Positions 19,495 to 27,844 of a stretch of 64,000 nucleotides of DNA are shown in pieces. The notes under the pieces were generated by a model that was not told the DNA's origin, made no database searches, and worked only from the letters and a program-made list of their open reading frames with translations. The stretch's first letter is position 1; every line of letters begins with the position of its first letter. The stretch spans positions 32,001 to 96,000 of the forward strand of contig CAXXVK010000010.1 of the NCBI GenBank assembly GCA_963676915.2. Direction: 5' to 3'. Origin of the DNA: Myxococcota bacterium (lineage in GTDB: Bacteria > Myxococcota_A > SURF-8 > G963663525). Position numbers and translations under genes: made by a program.

Positions 19495-20181
19495 TCAACT
19501 CTCCTTGAACCGGTAACCCACTCCACGCACGGTTTCAATCAACTCCCCGAATTCACCCAGTTTTTTACGTAATCCGACAACTTGTACATCGACGCTGCGG
19601 TCCGTTACGGGATAGTCCGTACCTTTGACGGTGTTGATGATCTGTTGCCGCGTATAAACGCGCCCCGGATTACGGGCAAGAAAATGCAGAATATTGAATT
19701 CGGAGGCGGTCAGCTTTGCCGGTTCGCCTTGGAGGTTGACTTCGAAACGGGAAGGATCGATGGTCAGTCCGTCAACGGAAATCTGCTCGTCTTCGCTGTA
19801 TCCGCCCCGGTTTTTCCGGCGCATCATCGCTTGAATACGCGCAACCAGTACTTTGGGACTGAAAGGTTTGACGACGTAATCGTCCGCACCCAGGGTCAGA
19901 CCTTTCACGATATCGCCGTCCTCGCCTTTGGCGGTCAGCATAATGATCGGAATTTCCCTTGTTTTTTCGTTGCGGCGCAGAATGCGGCAGACTTCGAGTC
20001 CGTCCAGACCGGGAAGCATCAGGTCGAGCAGAATCAGATCGGGTTGAAACTCGAATGTTCGGCTGATCGCCTGTTCTCCGGAAAGAACGCAATCGATTTC
20101 GCAGCCTTCCTTCGTCAGATTGTAGCGAAGTAGTTCGAGAATATCTTCTTCGTCGTCCACGGCAAGGATCTTGTAGTTCAT
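19495..20181 (-). CDS. phoB: OmpR/PhoB-family response regulator
   Basis: REC domain (VDDEEDI, LLDLMLPGLDG, GADDYVVKPFSP) plus winged helix (TDRSVDVQVVGLRKKL..IETVRGVGYRF). Confidence 0.8.
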   Translation of the reverse strand: MNYKILAVDDEEDILELLRYNLTKEGCEIDCVLSGEQAISRTFEFQPDLILLDLMLPGLDGLEVCRILRRNEKTREIPIIMLTAKGEDGDIVKGLTLGADDYVVKPFSPKVLVARIQAMMRRKNRGGYSEDEQISVDGLTIDPSRFEVNLQGEPAKLTASEFNILHFLARNPGRVYTRQQIINTVKGTDYPVTDRSVDVQVVGLRKKLGEFGELIETVRGVGYRFKES

Positions 20182-20334
20182 CCGAAAACCTCGTTGAAAG
20201 TCGGACCTTGTTGCCTCACGGTATTACCTTAAATTCCGATGATTGTATGTTAGGACTTCATGAAAAGCAACGCTGTTTCAATTTAGCGGAGAGAAGATCG
20301 AAACAAATTCATGGGTTTTCGTTGCGAATTGGCG

Positions 20335-21183
20335 CTACTTGATCAGATGTTGCAGGCTTTCGATGTTTTCCCCGACGGTTTCGGTTACGTCGGCTACTGT
20401 CTCGACCGTCAAGCCGAGTCGCTCGATGCTCATCGGCAGAATACTTCGAAAAATATCCTCCGGATCGCTTTCTTGTTCCAGTCCGTGAGCCAGACGGTCG
20501 GCGACATGAACGAGGTCGATCCTTTGGATATCGCAGGAGGAGGGTGCCCAGTGCGTCAAGTGGTGCCAGCGTGCCGCATGGGCGATGGAATCGGGAAGAT
20601 TCCAGTGGGAGGCTACTAGCGAACCGATACCGCTGTGATTCGTTCCCATAATTTTGTCTTCGATATCCAGAATGCCGCTTTCTCCCTGGATGACAGGCAG
20701 GTCGTTTTCCATTGGGTGGGATTCGAGGAACTGGGCGATGGCCAGTTTTCCCATGTCGTGAAGCAGGCCCGCTGTAAACAGCATTTCCACCGGGGGAAGT
20801 TTCAGTGTTTCAACGAGTTGTTCGGCGATGACCGCTGTAGAGGAGCAATGGTGCCAGTACCGTTGGCTGTCCAGGTCGTATCCGGCGAGTTTTTTGGGAA
20901 TCGTTTTCGAAAACGACAGACTCAGAGCCAGTTCGAACACCCGTTGAGTTCCCAGCAGTGTGATGGCCTGCCGAACGTCGCCAACTTCGCGCTGACATCC
21001 GAAATAGGAGGAATTGGCCAGGCGGAGAAGATTGGCGGTCAGAGCAGGGTCTCTTTGTATCACCCGTTCGTAATCTGTGGCATTGCTCGTTTCTCGTTGG
21101 GTCAATTCGCATAACTGCCCGATAGAACTGGACAACGTTCTGAAATTGAGGATCGAGGCAATGATTTTCATTTTAATGTTCAT
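20335..21183 (-). CDS. HDOD domain signal-transduction protein
   Basis: DPALTANLLRLANSSYFG, QAITLLG, FTAGLLHDMGKL, NHSGIGSLVASHWNLP..HH. Confidence 0.9.
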   Translation of the reverse strand: MNIKMKIIASILNFRTLSSSIGQLCELTQRETSNATDYERVIQRDPALTANLLRLANSSYFGCQREVGDVRQAITLLGTQRVFELALSLSFSKTIPKKLAGYDLDSQRYWHHCSSTAVIAEQLVETLKLPPVEMLFTAGLLHDMGKLAIAQFLESHPMENDLPVIQGESGILDIEDKIMGTNHSGIGSLVASHWNLPDSIAHAARWHHLTHWAPSSCDIQRIDLVHVADRLAHGLEQESDPEDIFRSILPMSIERLGLTVETVADVTETVGENIESLQHLIK

Positions 21184-21383
21184 GAAATGCTTTATTCTGT
21201 CTTTGAATCAAAGACAATGCAATCCGTCTACGAAACAATGTCTTGCTTCAGACTTAATTGATCGGACGCTTTTCAGGTAAGTGAAATCGAAGAAGCAAGA
21301 TTCCTAAAGTAGCATCTCTTTTCGTCACATTTTAGCATCCTTGAATATGTCAATAATTCAAAGATGTTATTGAGGTATGATTC

Positions 21384-22295
21384 TCAGCCGACAGGTTCGA
21401 AAGGATCCAAAATCTCCTTGAATGGATCGGTTTGGCGCAGATGGATGCGGGTAATCCAGCGGCTGAGCATTCGTACCATAATCATGTCGTTGGTCTGAGT
21501 TCGATGGGCGAAACTGAATTCAGCCATTTTTTCGATACAGGTTTTGTTGCCGATGCAGGGTTGGGTGGCGTCCCAGATTTCCGTGACCGGTTCCGGGTCG
21601 GCGCTTCCGGTCAATACGGAAGGCAGCAGGCGATTCAAACCGTAATAGACGGAATCGACACGATGGGGAGCAAGCGCGTCCATGGTTTCGCGCTGGTCGG
21701 CGGCCAGGCGAACTCCTGCCGTCGCGAAACGGGAGGTGATCTGGTGCTCGGGGTGTCCGGTGAATCCGTGAAACGGGTCGAAGGTCAGCACAATGTCCGG
21801 CTTGAAGCGTCGGATGGCGTTGGCGCAGATGCGATCGGGTGCTGCCTGATCGGCCCAGATACGGGCGATTTCATGGCGTTTTGGGAACGACTCGACCGGC
21901 AGGGAAGCATTGAACAAAGCGTGGTGTTCCAATTCCGCATGATACAATGCTGCGGCACGTTTCATTTCACGGGCGCGGATGGTTTTAACATCCGGTTTGC
22001 AGCCTTCGGGAAGGCAGCACTCGCCGCCGTCTCCATGCGTAAATATCAGAAAATACAAGGGGTTATTCAATAGAAGGCTGGACTTAGCCATGATTGCGCC
22101 AACCAGGGCTTCATCGTCGGGATGAGCCGCTACCCACATGACGCGAGCGCCTTCTTCCAACTTTCGGTCGATACTCGACGGACGGTTTGGCACCGTCGGT
22201 GTGGTGGCACATCCGGTATGCAGATTTCCCAGAGCTAAACCGCCGGTTGCTGTCAATCCTCGTTTAAGAAAAGTACGTCGATCGATTCCTGGCAT
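21384..22295 (-). CDS. PIG-L/LmbE family N-acetylglucosaminyl deacetylase, Tat-exported lipoprotein
   Basis: Twin-arginine DRRTFLK plus lipobox-like HTGC; AHPDDE and GHPEH metal-binding motifs; start at ATG 22295. Confidence 0.85.
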   Translation of the reverse strand: MPGIDRRTFLKRGLTATGGLALGNLHTGCATTPTVPNRPSSIDRKLEEGARVMWVAAHPDDEALVGAIMAKSSLLLNNPLYFLIFTHGDGGECCLPEGCKPDVKTIRAREMKRAAALYHAELEHHALFNASLPVESFPKRHEIARIWADQAAPDRICANAIRRFKPDIVLTFDPFHGFTGHPEHQITSRFATAGVRLAADQRETMDALAPHRVDSVYYGLNRLLPSVLTGSADPEPVTEIWDATQPCIGNKTCIEKMAEFSFAHRTQTNDMIMVRMLSRWITRIHLRQTDPFKEILDPFEPVG

Positions 22296-22444
22296 TGTGC
22301 AATAACTTTCTTGTGTTGAATTCGTCAAATCGTCTATAATGATTCGCCATGTTGACAAAAGAACGAATGATTCGTCAAAATTATATGCTTTCTAACGTTG
22401 GCATGCAAACGAAACGGGACTAGAGAGAACGAACCAAGGGGAAT

Positions 22445-24232
22445 ATGAACATGATGGTGCAATCCGAATATGCAAACAAGAGTGGCTTTCTCGGTATTCA
22501 GAGAATACTGCTGGGAGGAATGCTGGTACTTTTGTTGCTGGGATGCGGTCCGAGGGAGTTTTACAAGGGAGACGTGCCATTCAAAGAAGGACGATTCGAC
22601 GATGCCATTGCCGAGTATCGTATCGAAATGATCCAGACCAAAAACGAGGAAGAACGGGTCATTTTACGTGAGAAGCTGGATCAGGCACTCGCCGCCGGAG
22701 CGGATTGGTATTACGACGATGGTTTCAAAAAAGCCGAGGCGGGGGATGTCAAAGGATCGATCGTCTGCTTTAAAAAAGCCCTGGAATACAATCCCGATCA
22801 CTTCGCCGCACAGATCATGTTGGAAGAGCAAACCCGGATTCTCGACAAAAGCGGCCAGTTGCGCGATCAAATCAAAAAACACCTTCAAGTCCTGCAAAAA
22901 GAGGATAAACCCAGCGAAAACGAGAAAGAGTGGCGGGCGCTACTCGTCGAGATCGACAGTTACCTGGAAGGCTATTCTCCAGACCCCGAAATCGAATCGC
23001 TGCGCGATATCACCGTTCGTGTGATTTTCGAGCAGGAATTCAAGGCGGGTCGCCTGGCTATGCAAAATCGTGACTACAAAACGGCGATTACCAATTTCGA
23101 GGCGGCGCTTTTGCTAAAGCCGGCAGATGAAGTCACTCAGCGGTTGTTGGCCGAAGCGAAAGAAAAGTGGGAGGAAGCACAGAAAGAAGGAATGCCTCCG
23201 TACCGCAAGCCGGAAATCGTCGAAAAAGTTCTCAAGCAAGCCAAAGCTCATTACAAAAAGAAAGAGTATCGTGAAGCGCTCGTGCTGGTCGAGCAGATCG
23301 CTCCCGATCTGGAAGATCGAAAACTGCAAAAGAAAGTCAAGGCAGCGCAGAAACGGTATCGGACAAAATATGTTCGCCTGTTGGATCTCAAAGCGAAAAC
23401 CAATCTGAAACAGCAGCGTCCTGCGGTGGCGGCTCTTTGTTACAGATTGGCGCAAGCCATTATTACCGGAGGGAAACCCGACGCCAAGAAAGGGAAAAAA
23501 TACGCCAAAAAGGCTCAGATCGCCTTGAAGAAAGCTGCGAAAGGTTCGAATTATTCCGTGGCTCTGGCTCCCTTGAAGGCTACCGAAAGTCTGGACGAAA
23601 AAGCGGCTGGGAAGTTGACGAAACAATTGTATCGTTCGTTGCAGAAGACGCTGAAAGGAAAACCCTTCAAGTCCGAGAAAATCCGGCTGAAAAAGCCCAA
23701 AAAGGGTAAAGCCGATTCCAAAGCCAAAGGTGAGCTGGATCTTTCGTTGCAAGCGTTCGAAACCAGCATGGAAGGAAAAAAGGGTAGCTATTCGTTAAAA
23801 GCTCAGATCACCTTGTCGGATCGGGCTACCGACTTCGCTATCGGTCCGAAAGTATTGAAGGTTTCGGGAGAAACAAAGCTGAAAGGCAAAGACAAGCAGA
23901 CGATACTGTTTAAAGCTTTGGCCAAAGATTTCGGCAAGGCGTTGAAAACGGAAATGAAGGATAAACTCGACCTTTCCGGACGGTACATCAAGCTGCTAGC
24001 CGTAGCTCAGGGGGATGAATTGCTTGAAGCGTCGGTTCGGGTGATTCAACTTCAGGACCGCCACAAAGACGCCGATGCCGTGGAACGGGCAAAAACCATC
24101 ATCGTCAACTGGCTTGGGTTGAACTGGGATACCCTGCATTACAATCCAACACAATTGCCGAAAGTGGACGGGAAAAAAGGGAAAGGCTTCCAGCAGGTGG
24201 AATCACTGCCGTTCCCGGCAACGCTTCCGTAG
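22445..24232 (+). CDS. TPR-repeat lipoprotein with Lys-rich C-terminal half
   Basis: Lipobox LLLGC; TPR-like helices (GDVKGSIVCFKKALEYNPDHFAA, DYKTAITNFEAALLLKPADE). The start may be a downstream ATG. Confidence 0.7.
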   Translation: MNMMVQSEYANKSGFLGIQRILLGGMLVLLLLGCGPREFYKGDVPFKEGRFDDAIAEYRIEMIQTKNEEERVILREKLDQALAAGADWYYDDGFKKAEAGDVKGSIVCFKKALEYNPDHFAAQIMLEEQTRILDKSGQLRDQIKKHLQVLQKEDKPSENEKEWRALLVEIDSYLEGYSPDPEIESLRDITVRVIFEQEFKAGRLAMQNRDYKTAITNFEAALLLKPADEVTQRLLAEAKEKWEEAQKEGMPPYRKPEIVEKVLKQAKAHYKKKEYREALVLVEQIAPDLEDRKLQKKVKAAQKRYRTKYVRLLDLKAKTNLKQQRPAVAALCYRLAQAIITGGKPDAKKGKKYAKKAQIALKKAAKGSNYSVALAPLKATESLDEKAAGKLTKQLYRSLQKTLKGKPFKSEKIRLKKPKKGKADSKAKGELDLSLQAFETSMEGKKGSYSLKAQITLSDRATDFAIGPKVLKVSGETKLKGKDKQTILFKALAKDFGKALKTEMKDKLDLSGRYIKLLAVAQGDELLEASVRVIQLQDRHKDADAVERAKTIIVNWLGLNWDTLHYNPTQLPKVDGKKGKGFQQVESLPFPATLP

Positions 24233-24262
24233 AATGCGGTAAAATTTTCAAAGAAGCATCTC

Positions 24263-24296
24263 AAGCCCTTCGGTATTTCTGCCGGAGGGTTTTTCG
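24263..24296 (+). terminator. Intrinsic terminator
   Basis: AAGCCCTTCGGTA-tttc-TGCCGGAGGGTTT followed by TTTCGTTTT. Confidence 0.6.
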
Positions 24297-24505
24297 TTTT
24301 CGACGTTTCTTGCGTCAAAAGGACGTTTTCGGCGTGAAAATACCCTTTCGTGCGTTTGAATTTCCACCGAAGATGGGGTAGGATTCAAAAACGGTCTGCT
24401 GCTCCATGGGACAGGCACAGGCCGGACGATTCGCAACCATAGCATGCAAGTGAAAACCGGTAAATCGGCGTTCGACGGACGGCGGTCACCGGGGGAGGAG
24501 GAGGC

Positions 24506-25987
24506 TTGAAGGTTTGGCAACAGATTGAGACCAAGATCCGGGCCGGTCATCCTTACATCTACCTCGTCAGCCCGGAGGAAGAGCGTATCCGTGTGGAATT
24601 GCAGCGCCTTGCGGGTGTTGTGCGAAAATATTTCACACGCTGGAGCGCGTACAACGGGTTCGAGCCGGAACCGCCAGCCTCTGCCGATGCCGACAATCCC
24701 ATCGGTTTTCTCGAAACCTGTTCTCAACCGACGTTTCTGGTACTGCACGATTTCCACCTGCGGATGCGGGAAGAATGGACGATGCGGCAGTTGATCGACC
24801 TGCGTTCTCAGATGCGTAGACTGGGGCATGTGGTGGTGGTTACCGCACCTCGAGTAGCGTTGCCGGTGGAAGTGCAGAAGCAGTTCGCGATATTGGAGGT
24901 TCCTTTACCCGACGTGGACGAATTGTTGGTGCTGTACAAGCAGGTTGCTCGGTATCGTACGAAAGAAACAACGCCCGAATTCGCCGAAATCATGGCTCGG
25001 GCCGCCAAAGGATTGACCGCCGAGGAAGCCAACCTTGCTTTTCGACAGATTACGCTGAATACCGAACAAACCGAGTCCGAGGAAATCCGTACCGTTATCG
25101 CCGAAAAACGGCGTCTGCTCGAAGCGGACGGCGTGCTGGAATTCTTCGACCCGGAGTATAATCTCGAAGATATCGGAGGGTTGGCCGCGCTGAAATCCTG
25201 GCTTCAGGAGCGCTCGAAAGCTTTCGACGAAAGCGCACGGGCCTTCGGTCTACCCGAACCCAAAGGAATGCTGCTATTGGGCGTGCAAGGCTGCGGTAAA
25301 TCGCTTTCAGCGCGTTGTGTGGCGGGGCATTGGAACCTTCCACTCGTTCGTCTGGATATGGGAGCCTTGCGTTTCGGTGGCAAAGCACCCGAAGAAACCC
25401 TGCGGCAGACTTTGCGGACGCTCGAAGCTTTAAGTCCTCTTGTGCTGTGGATCGACGAAATCGAAAAAGGTTTTGCCGGGACCGGTGGAGAAAGTGTTAC
25501 TTCCGAAGATCAACGGGTGCTGGGGTATTTCCTCACCTGGCTTCAGGAAAAAGAGCAACCCGTTTTCGTTGTTTCCACCGCCAACGACGTTTCGAAACTA
25601 CCTCCTGAACTGTTGCGAAAGGGCCGTTTCGACGAGATTTTCTTCGTCGACCTCCCCGACGAACAGGAGCGCCGGGACATCCTGACCATTCACCTCGACA
25701 AGCGCGGGGTGAGTACCTCGGACCTGGATCTTGAAGAGCTGGCCGAAGTGTCGCGCAACTTTACCGGAGCAGAGTTGGAACAGGTAGTTATCGATTCCCT
25801 GTATCGGGCGTTCGGACGCAACCAGGGTGTGACCCGCGAAGACCTGATTCATACGATTCAGACCTCCGTTCCGTTGTATCGGACCAGCGAGGAACAAATC
25901 AAGGCGCTGCGTGACTGGTGTCAGGATCGGGCGCGGCAGGCGTCGCAGGATACCTCGTTGATGGATCTGTTCCAGAAAGAATCCTGA
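24506..25987 (+). CDS. AAA+ ATPase, Ycf46-like
   Basis: Strong RBS GGAGGAGG; [11 protein letters not shown], Walker A GVQGCGKS, Walker [39 protein letters not shown]; degenerate N-terminal AAA-like domain. Confidence 0.9.
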   Translation: MKVWQQIETKIRAGHPYIYLVSPEEERIRVELQRLAGVVRKYFTRWSAYNGFEPEPPASADADNPIGFLETCSQPTFLVLHDFHLRMREEWTMRQLIDLRSQMRRLGHVVVVTAPRVALPVEVQKQFAILEVPLPDVDELLVLYKQVARYRTKETTPEFAEIMARAAKGLTAEEANLAFRQITLNTEQTESEEIRTVIAEKRRLLEADGVLEFFDPEYNLEDIGGLAALKSWLQERSKAFDESARAFGLPEPKGMLLLGVQGCGKSLSARCVAGHWNLPLVRLDMGALRFGGKAPEETLRQTLRTLEALSPLVLWIDEIEKGFAGTGGESVTSEDQRVLGYFLTWLQEKEQPVFVVSTANDVSKLPPELLRKGRFDEIFFVDLPDEQERRDILTIHLDKRGVSTSDLDLEELAEVSRNFTGAELEQVVIDSLYRAFGRNQGVTREDLIHTIQTSVPLYRTSEEQIKALRDWCQDRARQASQDTSLMDLFQKES

Positions 25988-26003
25988 ACCTGAAAGCTGT
26001 ATA

Positions 26004-26912
26004 ATGATGAATCTCGGTCAGGAACCGCCGGAAAATCAGCCGGATGCTCTCGAACCTAACGTTGTGGATTCGGAACGTAGAAACGAAGACCCCCCTCGGC
26101 AGGATTCAACGGTTTGGGATCGGGTGTTTGCGCTGCTGTTTCTGGCCATCGCCGGGGTGGCTTTGGTGTTTTCCGGGCGGGCGGTGTCGTCTCATGGCGT
26201 GCTTAGCGTGCTGGCATACCCTGCGCCCACACCCGAGTTGGCTTGGTCACAAGTTGTTGATTATCTTCCTGTTTTTCGTAAACCGTTTCCCAATCCTCCA
26301 ACGCCGCAGGTAGAAATTTTCCGCACGGCTCTGGGAATGGACCTGTTGCAGGAAGCCGTTTTCGACACGTTCGTGCCGCTTTCGGAAAAACTGGCCGGAG
26401 TTTCGAAAGAACAGGGCAAAGAAGTCTATGTTTCGTTGCTGATCGACAAAAAATCCCACATGCTCAACGTTCTGGCCAACGGACATGTGGTGAAACGCTA
26501 TCTCGTGTCGTTCGGTCTGAATTATCGCGCCGGTCCCAAACGACGCCGTGACGATTTGCAGACGCCGAGCGGAACCTATTACATCTTGAACAAAATCGAA
26601 CAGGACGCCCGAGGGGCGCGCCTCGTGTTGAGCTATCCGAATCTCATCGATCTGGCCGAAGCGGTCAAAGCCGGGGTGTTGACGCAAAAACGCTTTGGTG
26701 AACTTAAAGAGGCTTCAGAAAAAAAACGCTACGTTCCTCCTCCAGAAATGGGGCAAGTGTCGATTATCGCAGGAGAAAACCCCTTGCGTGTCGTGAAGGA
26801 CCGGTTGGTGTTCGATAATGTTTCCGACGGTTCGGTTTCCATGAACCGCCAGGATTTTGGCGAGTTGTTTTCTCTTCTTCCGGTGGGAACCCGAGTGACG
26901 ATACAGGATTGA
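26004..26912 (+). CDS. Membrane-anchored YkuD/L,D-transpeptidase-fold protein lacking catalytic His/Cys
   Basis: TM helix; LLIDKKSHML..VKRYLVSFG..GPKRRRDDLQTPSGTYYI, LSYPN..D, LPVGTRVTI. The expected IHG...GC motif reads IIAG...GSV. Confidence 0.75.
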   Translation: MMNLGQEPPENQPDALEPNVVDSERRNEDPPRQDSTVWDRVFALLFLAIAGVALVFSGRAVSSHGVLSVLAYPAPTPELAWSQVVDYLPVFRKPFPNPPTPQVEIFRTALGMDLLQEAVFDTFVPLSEKLAGVSKEQGKEVYVSLLIDKKSHMLNVLANGHVVKRYLVSFGLNYRAGPKRRRDDLQTPSGTYYILNKIEQDARGARLVLSYPNLIDLAEAVKAGVLTQKRFGELKEASEKKRYVPPPEMGQVSIIAGENPLRVVKDRLVFDNVSDGSVSMNRQDFGELFSLLPVGTRVTIQD

Positions 26913-27496
26913 TCATGGATATCAAAACGGAAAAAAACACGTTACGTCGTGATGCGCTGGCTCGTAGAGACGCTATGAGCGAGGAAGAACGCAAGCAAAA
27001 ATCCCAGGCTATTGCCCGGCGTTTGCTGGGGTTTTCCGTTCTGCAGGAGCACTCCTGCATTCACGCCTTCGCCTCGTTTCGTTCCGAAGTCAACACCTAC
27101 GGACTTCTGGATTCGCTCTGGATGGAAGGCAAGCGCGTGGTGATGCCGGTGATCGACACCAAAACCCGAACCATGTTCAACAAAGACGTGGCCGGTATAG
27201 AGGAACTTTCCTCGGGATACATGGGGATTCCCGAGCCTTCTTTGGAGTTACCCGAGGTGCCCCCGGAGGACATCGAAATCATCCTGACGCCCGGAGCAGC
27301 TTTTGACGCCCACGGCGGACGCATCGGGTACGGCGGCGGATACTACGACCGTCTGATGGCGTCATCCGACGCGGTGCGTATCGCTCTGGCCTTCGATGCT
27401 CAACTGGTCGGCAAGGTTCCCCGTGAATCCCACGATCTGGCCGTCCACGCCATTGTCACCGAAAGCACTGTCATTCGCTGCGGTGAATGGAGTTGA
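26909..27496 (+). CDS. ygfA: 5-formyltetrahydrofolate cyclo-ligase
   Basis: KNTLRRDALARR, FRSEVNT, GIPEP, LTPGAAFDAHGGRIGYGGGYYDR, ESHDLAVHAIVTE. Confidence 0.92.
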   Translation: MIMDIKTEKNTLRRDALARRDAMSEEERKQKSQAIARRLLGFSVLQEHSCIHAFASFRSEVNTYGLLDSLWMEGKRVVMPVIDTKTRTMFNKDVAGIEELSSGYMGIPEPSLELPEVPPEDIEIILTPGAAFDAHGGRIGYGGGYYDRLMASSDAVRIALAFDAQLVGKVPRESHDLAVHAIVTESTVIRCGEWS

Positions 27497-27844
27497 TGAG
27501 GAATGCTTGTAACCTGTTGATATCGCACGATTTTACATTGGATCAGGGCTTCCGGCCTATTCCTTGGATTCATGCTATCGGGTTCGAATCCAGACGTGAA
27601 ATGGAACGTTCAAATCGGGAAACCTGAATCAACGGTTTTGTGAGGAAAGGGAGACGAGATTTTATCTCTCCCACCCCTCACACTACTCTTGCCAAAACCA
27701 AATCCTTCTCTTACACTTTACGGGATGAACTTGGGGGTTCTTCGACAGACCGAAGGGGGGCGGTTCCGCCGAATGGTTTTCGAAGACGGATCGGAAGCGT
27801 GCGGTAAACACCGGCGATTTACGGTCGTTTGAAAAAGGATCATA

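Noticed and set aside
27576-27596. GGTTCGAATCC tRNA T-loop-like motif (tRNA remnant or att site)
   Set aside because: The T-stem is mismatched, there is no acceptor or anticodon arm, and no integrase is nearby.
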